Positions 18,297-27,875 of a stretch of 64,000 bases of DNA are shown here, piece after piece. The first letter of the stretch is position 1, and the number at the start of each line of letters is the position of its first letter. Below the pieces are notes generated by a model. The model did no database searches. It saw only the letters and a list, made by a program, of their open reading frames with translations, and was not told the origin of the DNA. Where the stretch lies: assembly GCA_963718895.1 (NCBI GenBank), contig CAVRAG010000007.1:640001-704000 (forward strand), read 5' to 3'. This DNA is from an uncultured Nitrososphaerota archaeon. GTDB taxonomy: Archaea; Thermoproteota; Nitrososphaeria; Nitrososphaerales; Gagatemarchaeaceae. Made by a program: the position numbers and the translations under genes.

Positions 18297-18418
18297 TAAA
18301 GTTTGTAGACCGACTGGGAGCACTTATCGAGGAAGCCAGAAGTTGAACTCGTCGGAAGAGACGAGAAAATTGTGGGTTATGTCCCCGTAACATGGAGGAA
18401 TACTATCGTTCAGCAAAC

Positions 18419-18991
18419 CTATCTGAATGACTCTATCCTCGACTCTTTTTCCGCCGCTATCTCGGCGATGGAGCGCTTGCTCACCGCCGAGTAGTCGTAG
18501 TCCTTGGCGTCATGTCCCGGCTTCGAATGCGGATCCTTGTGCTTAATCAAAAGCCAGGATTCCCTGCCGCCAAACCCCTTCGTCCGGACAAGGGCGAACG
18601 AACCACGAAGTTTCTTCCCGTACAGGGTGAACTTGACATTTCCCTTCTTCAGGCTCTCGGCCGCGACCTTCTCAGCCTCCCCGGCGTCTGTGACCTCTCT
18701 CCTGACGCCCTTGGTCACCTCGATTTCAGGGTTGTAGGTCCCTTCGTCCCATATCATCACTGGTCCTGCGCCGTAGCCCGGGGGGAGCACCCCCTCGAAG
18801 TGCCGATACTCCAGGTCGTGGTCGCCCGTAGGCATCGCAAGGCGCTTGACGCCGCTGTCCAAGGACGGTCCCTTGGGGACGGACCAGGAAGGCATGACAC
18901 CCCCTATCTCCAATCGGAAGTCATAGTGAAGCGAGGTAGCTTTGTGCTTCTGCACTACGAAAGCGAGTCTTCCCTTCTTCGTCTCCTTCAA
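18419..18991 (-). CDS. Stand-alone LigD 3'-phosphoesterase (PE) domain
   Basis: FVVQKH..LHYDFRLE, SWSVPKGP, RLA..DH..Y, IWDEGTY and WLLIK motifs; GAGGTG before TTG 18991. Confidence 0.9.
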   Translation of the reverse strand: MKETKKGRLAFVVQKHKATSLHYDFRLEIGGVMPSWSVPKGPSLDSGVKRLAMPTGDHDLEYRHFEGVLPPGYGAGPVMIWDEGTYNPEIEVTKGVRREVTDAGEAEKVAAESLKKGNVKFTLYGKKLRGSFALVRTKGFGGRESWLLIKHKDPHSKPGHDAKDYDYSAVSKRSIAEIAAEKESRIESFR

Positions 18992-19119
18992 GTGACAAGC
19001 CACCTCACGAACCGAAAGATAAGCTTCGTCCACCTGGAGCACCAGCTGCCCGTCACAACCGTCCGTCTGTTCGGCCGATGAATACATTTTAGAAGAGCGA
19101 CCCAGCGGATAGGATCAAG

Positions 19120-19446
19120 TTGAACCAGCCGAAGGTAGCAGACTTCCGGAGGATCGGCAACACGGTCTACACCGGAGGCGTGACAGGAAAACCCGGGGAC
19201 GTTCCCATGCAGATCAGAGACATAATGAAGAAGCTGCAGGCGACTTTGGAGCAAGCTGGAGCAAGTCTGGATACAGTCGTGAAGGCGACCGTCTATCTCG
19301 CGTACATGCCGGACTGCGAGCAGTACCTGAATCCGATGTGGAACGAGTACTTCGGCGATAACCCACCCGCTAGGACGGTCCTCCAGACGGGCCTTGAGAA
19401 TGGGATCTTCGTCAAGATCGAGTTGGTCGCGGAAGCTCACGGCTAA
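19120..19446 (+). CDS. RidA/YjgF family protein
   Basis: VVKATVYL, N..WNEYF and PPARTV motifs. Confidence 0.88.
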   Translation: MNQPKVADFRRIGNTVYTGGVTGKPGDVPMQIRDIMKKLQATLEQAGASLDTVVKATVYLAYMPDCEQYLNPMWNEYFGDNPPARTVLQTGLENGIFVKIELVAEAHG

Positions 19447-19565
19447 AACCGTCGAACCACGCTCCCTCCGCACCTCGACTGTTGTCGCTCTCAGGGCCGA
19501 GTTTCCTGGGCCTCGTCCCGGCGGCGGGGCAATCGCATAAAAAGAACGCAGAGGTAGTCTGCCCG

Positions 19566-20666
19566 ATGGCAGAGCCCTGGCGAGATGTGACCCGCTGGAG
19601 GAGAGAGCTTCTTCACGACATCGCCCGACTCGACTGGTCGCGCCTTGACACGACGACAGGTGTGAGGGCCGCGCTCTTCGTGGTCACCCCGATGATGGTC
19701 GGAGCTGCGACCGGCAATCTGCTCCAAGGGCTATACGCGACCGTGGGCGCGAACTTCCTGGTGAACACAGAGGGAAGCGGCCCAAACGCGACCAAGTTGA
19801 AGATCCTTGCGGCGGCATGCCTGATAGAACCTGTTGCGATGGCGCTCGGGACACTCACGGGGTCTACGGGACTCCTCGCGGTCCCTCTCGTGAGCCTCGG
19901 AGTCTTCCTGTTCCTGCTGGCGAAGACATCGACCTCCTGGGCGCAGGTCGCCCTGGTGGCTGCTGTCGTCTTTGTCGTGGGGGTCGGACTCCCGGGAGCC
20001 ACCGTCTCTGACTCGGTCGAGAGGCTCTGGACTCTGATGGCGGGCGATGTGTGGGTCTTGCTCGGGATAGCCTTCCAGCGATCGCGCCAACCCCCGGTCG
20101 GCACTCCCGGAGGTCCCAGGGTGGCGCCGCAGGATTCACGCCACCTGCACCCGTTCCTTGGCGACCTGTCCCAGCATCCGGAGGTCTTGGGCCAGGCATT
20201 CGTGACCGCCATAGCAGCGGCGATCGGGCTGGCCATAGGGATCGCGCTCCACCTTCCAAGGGACATCTGGATCATGGTCACGATCATAATCGCCATACGC
20301 CCAGGGATCGGGCCCACAATCAACTCCACGATCGTGCTCGCCGTCGGCACGGTCTTCGGAGCCATGATCGCAGCCGCGGTAACCCTGGAGGTAACCAGCC
20401 TCTTCATCCTCGCGGCTCTGCTCTTCCTCTTCGCCTTCGGGATGTTCGCATCCCGATTCGTCAATCAAGCGCTCTTCCAGGCCCTCGTAACCCCCTTCCT
20501 GATCGTGCTACTGAACATCATCTACCCCGGGGACTGGTGGTTCGCTTTCGCCCGGATAGCCGACGTCGCGGTCGGAGGGGTCGTGGCGGTGCTCGTCGTG
20601 TACCTCCACTACCTGGAACTCAGTCTAGTAGGTTCGCGAGGACAGGCGCACGTCACCTCCCGATGA
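19566..20666 (+). CDS. FUSC-family membrane protein
   Basis: Multi-TM protein; WIMVTIIIAIRP, GTVFG and ARIADVAVG motifs. Confidence 0.8.
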   Translation: MAEPWRDVTRWRRELLHDIARLDWSRLDTTTGVRAALFVVTPMMVGAATGNLLQGLYATVGANFLVNTEGSGPNATKLKILAAACLIEPVAMALGTLTGSTGLLAVPLVSLGVFLFLLAKTSTSWAQVALVAAVVFVVGVGLPGATVSDSVERLWTLMAGDVWVLLGIAFQRSRQPPVGTPGGPRVAPQDSRHLHPFLGDLSQHPEVLGQAFVTAIAAAIGLAIGIALHLPRDIWIMVTIIIAIRPGIGPTINSTIVLAVGTVFGAMIAAAVTLEVTSLFILAALLFLFAFGMFASRFVNQALFQALVTPFLIVLLNIIYPGDWWFAFARIADVAVGGVVAVLVVYLHYLELSLVGSRGQAHVTSR

Positions 20667-20740
20667 GATAGGAGGACGACACATCGCCCTCCCTCGGTCA
20701 TACTCCTTGTTATATCCCGGGTGCTGGCGTCGAGACAGGC

Positions 20741-21031
20741 TTGGCCGGAGCCACCGATGGGAAGGAACCGAAACACCAGCGACCGCCGAGGTCTGATGCC
20801 AACCTGTACCTGACGGTCGCGGCGCCGATCTTCTTCGGCTTATTCTTCGTTGAGTACCTGCCTCTCTTCGCGGTCGGTTACTGGTCTTGGAGCGGAGCGG
20901 TCCACAAGATACTTTCCGGGGCCATCCTCATCCTGAACCTTCTCATCGCCGAGTACTCGGTCAGGAGGTCGCGCGCCCGTGACAGAATCCGGAGCGCGGC
21001 GACGACCGGATCTCGGGGTGAGCATTCATGA
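20741..21031 (+). CDS. Small 2-TM hypothetical protein
   Basis: Two hydrophobic helices; TTATAT box about 30 nt upstream. Confidence 0.5.
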   Translation: MAGATDGKEPKHQRPPRSDANLYLTVAAPIFFGLFFVEYLPLFAVGYWSWSGAVHKILSGAILILNLLIAEYSVRRSRARDRIRSAATTGSRGEHS

Positions 21032-21168
21032 GAAGGGCTGCCTGAGTGTGGACGCGGCGGCCTTCAAGACCTGGATGTCTTTCAAATCCTAGGAGGGGAA
21101 GACCGGACATCCTCGAGCAAGATCGCATCCCAGCTTAAGTACAGGTCGACTCTAACAAGGGAACGGCA

Positions 21169-23244
21169 TTGAGCAAGAAAACGAGCCTTGGTCTTGCGTC
21201 CTCTGCTTTCACCGCCGTATCCCCTCCTGAGATCGGTCCTCGCTTCATATCCGGCAGAGGGAGGTTCATCGAAGACCTTCGCCTCGACGGGATGCTCCAT
21301 CTGAAACTCGTGCGGAGCCCCCATGCGAGGGCGAGGGTCACGAAGGTCAAGGGCGGGATAAACGGCTCTGAGTTCAAGGCGAACCTGACCGCCGTCGGCG
21401 AGGGCGCCTGGGGAGGCGGTCCCCCCACCGCGCCGTTCCCCGCGCTGGCCTCGGACTACGTCAGCTACGTCGGTCAGCCCGTGGCGGCGGTCTTCGACGC
21501 CGATCCGTATCGGGCAGAGGACCTTACAGAGGCGGTGGAGGTCGACTATGAACCTCTGAAGCCTCTGGTCGACCCAGAGAGGGCGTCGACCTTTGAGCCG
21601 ATACACCCTGGGACAAGATCGAACATCGTGAACAGCGTCCAGTCCGGACAGGATTTCGAGGTCTCGGCCCCGGTCGTCCTCGAGGACGAGTTCGTCAATG
21701 AGAGGATTTGTCCGAACCCGATGGAGACAAGGGGGCTGGTGGCCTACTATGACGGCTCCAGGCTCACCGTCTGGGCGTCGACCCAGTCCGTCCACTCCTG
21801 GAAGGGCGGGATATGCAGCGCCATGCAGCTCCCGCGGGAGGCCGTGAGGGTCATCCAGGTGGACACCGGAGGCGCCTTCGGGTGCAAGAGCGGATTCTAT
21901 CCGGAGTACGCGGCCGCGTGCTACGTCTCGATGAAGACGCGCCACCCGGTCAAGTGGATAGAGACGAGGTCAGAGCACCTTCAGGTCACGGGCCAAGGCA
22001 GGGGCGCGAGGGGAAGGATGAAGCTCTTCGCGGAACGCAGCGGCCGAGTCCTCGGGCTCAAGGGGGACATCCTCATCGACAGCGGAGCGTTCGCCCTGGG
22101 GGTCGCCGTCTTCGCCCCCAGGTTCATGAGCTCCCAGCTCACAGGTCCCTACGCGATCGAGAGAGGCTTCGTGACCGCCAGGTCTGTCTACACGAACAAG
22201 GCTCCCTACGGGCCCTACAGGGGGCAGGGAAGGCCCGAGGTCGCGTTCTTCCATGAGAGGATGATGGACATGCTCGCGGACGAACTGAAGATGGATCCCG
22301 TCGAAGTGAGGCTTAGGAACGTGAGCCCGAACCCATTCGTCTCACCACTGGGAGTTAAGATCGACGCCTACGAACCATTCCTCAAGGCTGCCGTGAGTGA
22401 GCTCGGATACTCGACGAGGGCGAAGGGAGAGGTCGGATTCTCAAGCTTCATCCTTTCGTCGGCGGTACAGCCGGGCGAGTCATGTAGGATTGCGATCAGG
22501 GGAGGCAAGCTGAGGGTCTGGCTGGGAGGCAGCGAGGGCGGGCAGGACTTCGAAGTCATCCCCAAGGTCATACTCTCAGAGGAGCTTGGCGTCCCCCAGG
22601 AGACAGTTGAGCTGCAACAGGGGGACACCGACCAGCTGGACCAGGGGATAGGTACATGGGGAAGCAGGACGGCCATCGTCGCGACCGGCGCGCTGGTCGA
22701 GGCGGCCGCCAAGATAAGAGACCAGGCACACGTCAAACTGGGCGACTACGTGCCCGATGAGCTCCTGAAGCATGAGTTCGACGTCACGGTCTTCCATCGC
22801 GAGACCGAGCAGGCCAACTCCTTCGGAGCGAACCTGGTGAGGGCGTCTCTCGATGGGGATACCGGCGAGGCGAAGGTCGAGGAGTGCATCGCATACTACG
22901 ACACCGGGAGGGTCCTGAGTCCCTACATGGTCCAGAGCCAGATAGTCGGCGGCTCGGCGCAGGGGATCGGTCAGGTCCTCTACGAGACCTCCGCGTACAG
23001 CGAGGACGGCAAGCCCCTCGTCGCCGCACTGGCAGACGCAGGTCCGATTCACACGACCCTGATGCCCACCATCATGGTGAGACTGGCGAGACAACCCCCG
23101 TCCCTTCCGCAGAGAGTGAAAGGGGTGGGCGAGGCTCCGACCGTGGGCGTGCCTCCCGCCCTAGTGAGGTCGATAGAGTCACTCCTCGGCAAGCGGCTGC
23201 GCAGGACGCCTCTGGAGCCGGAAGACCTTCGGGCCAAGCACTGA
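21169..23244 (+). CDS. Xanthine dehydrogenase-family molybdopterin large subunit (CutA/CoxL-like)
   Basis: RSPHARA, PMETRG, GGAFGCK, PYRGQGRPE, QIVGG..QGIG and KGVGE motifs. Confidence 0.92.
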   Translation: MSKKTSLGLASSAFTAVSPPEIGPRFISGRGRFIEDLRLDGMLHLKLVRSPHARARVTKVKGGINGSEFKANLTAVGEGAWGGGPPTAPFPALASDYVSYVGQPVAAVFDADPYRAEDLTEAVEVDYEPLKPLVDPERASTFEPIHPGTRSNIVNSVQSGQDFEVSAPVVLEDEFVNERICPNPMETRGLVAYYDGSRLTVWASTQSVHSWKGGICSAMQLPREAVRVIQVDTGGAFGCKSGFYPEYAAACYVSMKTRHPVKWIETRSEHLQVTGQGRGARGRMKLFAERSGRVLGLKGDILIDSGAFALGVAVFAPRFMSSQLTGPYAIERGFVTARSVYTNKAPYGPYRGQGRPEVAFFHERMMDMLADELKMDPVEVRLRNVSPNPFVSPLGVKIDAYEPFLKAAVSELGYSTRAKGEVGFSSFILSSAVQPGESCRIAIRGGKLRVWLGGSEGGQDFEVIPKVILSEELGVPQETVELQQGDTDQLDQGIGTWGSRTAIVATGALVEAAAKIRDQAHVKLGDYVPDELLKHEFDVTVFHRETEQANSFGANLVRASLDGDTGEAKVEECIAYYDTGRVLSPYMVQSQIVGGSAQGIGQVLYETSAYSEDGKPLVAALADAGPIHTTLMPTIMVRLARQPPSLPQRVKGVGEAPTVGVPPALVRSIESLLGKRLRRTPLEPEDLRAKH

Positions 23245-23376
23245 CGTCGGCAGGACGACTCGCTCCACGAGATACGTCGTGGTTTATCCGCGTCTACCAT
23301 GGCTAGAGCGTCATCTGCGATCACGCGAAACGCTCGCTGCCATGGTATTAATAGAGCAGAGACCCGATTGTAGCCG

Positions 23377-23678
23377 ATGGCTCCTGTGGGAAGGCTCTTC
23401 AGATTCTCCGCGCGCGTCAGCAGCGACAACCCTCCCGCCGTCAAGCCTGTCCTCGAGCGAATCGTCGGCAGACGGGGCGAGATAAGGCCCATCGAGGGTG
23501 GATTCGAGATCCGGGGGAGCTAGAGGGAGAAAGCGCCAGAGAACTGAACCGCGTCCTGCTCTCGGAGATGCGCAGGGCCGAGAAGAGGACCAGAATGCGC
23601 GCAGAATGGACATCAGGAAAGACGGCCGAGAGGTTCTTCGACTACGTCCCGAAGGGCACCGGGAAACCGCAGACCTAG
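23377..23678 (+). pseudogene. Hypothetical protein, frameshifted at the G5 run 23513-23517
   Basis: Adding one G joins MAPVGRLFRFSARVSSDNP..FEIRG to ELEGESARELNRVLLSEMRRAEKRTRMRAEWTSG..FFDYVPKG; TATTAAT box upstream. Confidence 0.65.
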
Positions 23679-23695
23679 GGACAGGAGTGCTCGAC

Positions 23696-25194
23696 TTGGA
23701 CAAGCCGGTCTCGGAGGGAAGATATCGGGCCGCGGCGCTGGCGATCGTGATGACGGGAGTGATGATGAGCGCCATCGACACCACCGCTGTCGTGCTCGGC
23801 CTGCCCGTCATGATGCAGGACCTTCACTCTGACATAGTCAGCATGATCTGGGTGATCATGTCCTATCTCCTGGTAATCACGATCTTCGGCACCCAGGTCG
23901 GGAGGCTCGGTGACATGTACGGGAGGGCGAAGATGTACAACCTCGGATTCGCCGTCTTCACGTTCGGGTCCCTCCTCTCCGGAATATCCTTGACGGGCCC
24001 CGAGCTGATTGCGTGCCGCGTGGTGCAGGGCGCGGGTGGCGCGTTGATATCCTCGAACAGCGGCGCGGTGATAGCCGACACATTCCCTGCGAACGAGAGA
24101 GGAAAGGCCTACGGCTTCACTGGTGTCGGCTGGTCCGTCGGCGCGATCCTCGGAATCCTCGTCGGGGGTGCATTTGTGACGTTTCTGAACTGGCGCTACA
24201 TCTTCTTCATCAACCTCCCGATCGGGATCGTCGCGACCGTGGCGGGGTACTCCGTCCTGAAGGAACGGTCTCCGAGGATAAAGGCGAAGATCGACCTCGT
24301 CGGGATGGGGCTGCTCGGCGCGGGTCTCTTTCTGGTGCTGCTCGGGCTGACGGACCTCACAGGCTCGGGGTGGTCGGCGACCTACGCCGCCGAGCTCGTC
24401 GCTGGCTTCGCCACCGTGGCGGCATTTATCCTCTACGAGAGACGGGTGGCGTCCCCGCTGGTTGACTTCGGCCTGCTTCGGCAGCGAATCCTCACAGCGT
24501 CGGTCTTCGCCGCGTTTTTTCAGGCCCTCGCGAGCTTCGCGGTGCTCTTCCTGGTCATAATGTACCTCCAGGGCCCTGGGGGCTCTCCCCGTTCAACGCG
24601 TCCCTCCTTCTCGTCCCCGGGTACGTCCTCGGCGCCATCGTCGCGCCTTTCGCGGGACGGTTCGCGGATAGGTTCGGGGCGAGGGTAATAGCGTCTCTGG
24701 GGCTGATCCTTCAGATCACCGGCATCCTCGTCTACTCGACGCTCTCCCTAGGGTCCTCGCTGGATGTGGTGGTCCTGGGCTCGATCGTGACCGGGGCAGG
24801 TTCGAGTTCCTTCTTCCCGGCCAACAACAGCGCGGTCATGGCCAGCGCCCCACGCAACGCGTACGGGGTCGCTTCCGGGTTGCTCCGGACGTTCTCCAAC
24901 ATAGGGATGGTCAGCAGCTTCGCGATGGCGCTCCTGATCGCCTCCCTGTCCATCTCACGCCAGATGGCGTTCTCGATCTTCCTCGGCGTCGGCAAGATAT
25001 CCGGGACGCTCTCGGCGGCCTTTGTGCAGGGCATGCACTCGGCTCTGGAGGCCTCCATCGCCCTGCTCGCAGTCGCGCTGTTGCTCTCCATTACGCGAGG
25101 GAAGGAGGTACGGACGGACAGGCGGACTGGCGAGGGAACGTCGAGAGAGTCGGTCCCTCAGACTCCTACCGCGCCAGCTCGCGAGAAGACCTGA
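23696..25194 (+). pseudogene. DHA2 (EmrB/QacA-type) MFS transporter, frameshifted at the G5 run 24578-24582
   Basis: MSAIDTT, GRLGDMYGR and WRYIFFINLPIG motifs; adding one nt restores GLSPFNASLLLVP..GRFADRFG into ORF 24766-25194. Confidence 0.8.
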
Positions 25195-25269
25195 GAGACG
25201 CCTTCGGCCCCATGGGAGTTCTTGGAGGTTGGAGACCTTAGCTACTCGCGGCCCGTCTTTCGCACACGA

Positions 25270-25686
25270 TTCCCGGCGTAAGCGTAGTCACGCTGGGCGT
25301 GAAGGACCTACTCGTTCGATTGGCTTCTACAAGGGGGACTTGGGTGGCCCGCTGACCCAAATGAAGCAGATGGGATAGTGTCCTTCCAGCTGAACGAGAT
25401 GGTGCTGGCGCTCTATCCCAGGGAGAGTCTGGCAGAGGACGCCGCGGTGAGCGAGAAGGGGCGGGTTCTCCTGCGTGACGCTGGCGCACAACACAAGGAA
25501 CGAGAAGGAAGTCGATGCCATCTTCAGGGGCCTGAGGGCATGGGAGCGAGCATAACCAAGAGACCGCGGAAGGCCGAGTGGGGAAGCTACAGCGGACACC
25601 TTGTCGATCCTGACGGATACCTGCGGGAGGTCGTTTACAACCCCCAATGGAAGGTCGACAGCAAGACCAGGGTCACGCTTCCCTAG
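25270..25686 (+). pseudogene. VOC/glyoxalase-family gene with about 4 frameshifts
   Basis: Segments VSVVTLGVKDL / RSIGFYK / GLGW..LALYPRESLAEDA / GFSCVTLAHN..EVD / WGSYSG..DPDG..EV.YNP lie in different frames. Confidence 0.75.
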
Positions 25687-25766
25687 GGAAGGGTCCAGGA
25701 ACCTATTCTCGAATTCCCGGCTCCCAGCCAAAGGGCTTTATCCCGAACCCAACTGTCTCGGCGACC

Positions 25767-26948
25767 ATGGCGGACAGGGATACTCCGAAGGGCAGGAGGC
25801 TCGACTTCTCCCGCAGGCTCAAAAGGAAGGGGATAGGCATGGCCGTGGTCTCGAATCCCCGGCACATCCTCTACCTGACAGGTCTCGCGTCCAACATGGA
25901 CATGTACCTCACTCTGCAGAAGGGCCAGCGCTCCACCTCCTTCCTGGCGGTCTCCAGCGAAGGGGACAGTTCGCTCTTCCTCGGCGAGTCCGAGACCAAA
26001 AGTCCGTTCACGGGTGCACGGGCCCTCCTCGCAGAGGGCTTCGACGGCTCGGTCTTCACCTATCCCGACTACGACCTCGACATCCGTATGGTCGCCTATG
26101 CCCCCGACCTCTGGAGAGAGATGGGCAGGTGGCTCCGGAGCACTGCCGCGGGCATGCCGAAGAGGATCGGCATCGAGGAGTGGAACTTGGCCGCGGGATA
26201 CCGCGCAGCCATCGAGAAGGCCTGTCCCCCCTCGTCGATCGTCGGCGTCTCCGAGACCCTCATGGATATGCGCCGGACAAAGGGCAGCGACGAGCTCTCG
26301 AGCCTGAGGGAGGCGACCATGATGCTTGACCTCGCGTTCGGGGTCGCGAAGGAGAATGTCCGGGAGGGAAAGACCGAGCTCGACCTGTACCGTGAGATGA
26401 ACCACGCCACGTTCGAGAAGTACGGCCCCTTCGGGTGGGTGACCGGCGACGTGGTCTCGGGCGAGAGGTCGCTCGAGGTCGGGGGCCCCGCGACCTCGCG
26501 AAGGCTCACCGACGGGGACACCGTGATCCTCGACCTCCAGGCATCGGCGGGCGGCTACTGGTCTGACCTCGCGAGGACCTTCGTCGTGGGGAGACCCAGC
26601 GCGAAGCAGAGGAAGACCCATGAGACACTGATCAAGGCCAAGGAGAGAGCGGCGGAGATGCTCACACCGGGGACCCGCGCCAGGAGCATCCACGAAGCCG
26701 TGGACAGGGTGCTGACCGAGGGGGGGTACGACCGAATGAAGCACCATACGGGCCACGGGATCGGCCTGGACTCCCAGGAGGCACCGTGGATAATCCGCGG
26801 CTCGAACGACACCATCAAGGAGAGCGACGTCTGCGTGATAGAGCCCGGAACCTACGTAAAGGACGTCGGCGGGATCCGCGTCGAGGACTGTTATCTCGTC
26901 ACCAAGCACGGGAGCGAGAGGGTCTCCCAGTCCCCCGTCGACCTTTGA
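25767..26948 (+). CDS. M24 (Xaa-Pro) peptidase family protein
   Basis: Metal ligands ILDL, YWSDLART, HTGHGIG, IEPG and GIRVED; ATG 25767. Confidence 0.9.
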   Translation: MADRDTPKGRRLDFSRRLKRKGIGMAVVSNPRHILYLTGLASNMDMYLTLQKGQRSTSFLAVSSEGDSSLFLGESETKSPFTGARALLAEGFDGSVFTYPDYDLDIRMVAYAPDLWREMGRWLRSTAAGMPKRIGIEEWNLAAGYRAAIEKACPPSSIVGVSETLMDMRRTKGSDELSSLREATMMLDLAFGVAKENVREGKTELDLYREMNHATFEKYGPFGWVTGDVVSGERSLEVGGPATSRRLTDGDTVILDLQASAGGYWSDLARTFVVGRPSAKQRKTHETLIKAKERAAEMLTPGTRARSIHEAVDRVLTEGGYDRMKHHTGHGIGLDSQEAPWIIRGSNDTIKESDVCVIEPGTYVKDVGGIRVEDCYLVTKHGSERVSQSPVDL

Positions 26949-27047
26949 CGGTCGTCTGCAGGACGCCGACCGACGCTAGCTTAAGACCTCTGCCGGTGCC
27001 CCCTCGCGACAGGCCGATAGCATGGCTTCAGTGAGACGCTGACTTCG

Positions 27048-27875
27048 ATGAGGCTCTCCGGGCTCGACGTACCGTTCCTCTGCCTCGTGGTGAGCGAACC
27101 CACCGTCAAGGGCTGTCTCAAGGTGGTCGACAGGTTCGAACCCGTGGCGGACTCATTCGAGATCAACCTCCCCCCTCTCGAGCCTTCCCAGATGGGCGAC
27201 GTCTTTCACTCCACCCTGAGGCCCTGTATCGCCACCAGCCGGAGGTCGGACTTCATGAAGGTCTACGGCTATTCCAACCTTCCCAGGGTCAGCGACAGGT
27301 CCAGGGCCGAGGCGCTCAAGCGGGCGGTCGGACTCGGTGCAGCTGCCGTCGACTTCGAGCTCGACCTCTTCCAACCGCCGGCGTCGGATCAGGCCGGACC
27401 AGAAGGAGCGGATAACAGGGTCAGCGGGTCAAGCCGCCCGAGACTCGTCGAGTTCTCGACCGATCCCGAGGTAGTGAAGAGTCAGACAACCCTCGCGTCG
27501 GAGATAAGGGCCGCGGGGGCCGAGGTCGTCATGTCCTGCCATACGAAGAGCGTCCTGCACGAGGAGCAGGCCCTTGAGATCGTCCATGGCGTCGCCGGGA
27601 GAGGAGGACAGTTTGCCAAGGTCGTCTCCGTGACGCCTCGGAGGGAAGATGTCTTCGAGATGCTTGCGTGCGCGTTCTCCCTTAACAGGAAGGCCCTGAT
27701 GCCGTTCACTCTGATGAACATCGGCGCGGACTCGCCGTCCGACCGGCTCCTCTCGGTCTTGGCGGGCTCGACCTGGCTCTACTGCCGCCCCCCGAGCAAG
27801 CACAGCTACGCGGGTCAGCCTACCTTCGAGGACGCCAGGGCGTTCGTGGAGTCTCTGGGTCTGCGGGAACTCTAG
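27048..27875 (+). CDS. Type I 3-dehydroquinate dehydratase-like protein
   Basis: IAT.R, VDFEL, VMSCH, AKVV (Schiff-base Lys position) and GQ motifs. Confidence 0.7.
   Translation: MRLSGLDVPFLCLVVSEPTVKGCLKVVDRFEPVADSFEINLPPLEPSQMGDVFHSTLRPCIATSRRSDFMKVYGYSNLPRVSDRSRAEALKRAVGLGAAAVDFELDLFQPPASDQAGPEGADNRVSGSSRPRLVEFSTDPEVVKSQTTLASEIRAAGAEVVMSCHTKSVLHEEQALEIVHGVAGRGGQFAKVVSVTPRREDVFEMLACAFSLNRKALMPFTLMNIGADSPSDRLLSVLAGSTWLYCRPPSKHSYAGQPTFEDARAFVESLGLREL

Noticed and set aside
21169-23244. True aerobic CO dehydrogenase
   Set aside because: Lacks the AYRCSFR motif and adjacent coxM/coxS
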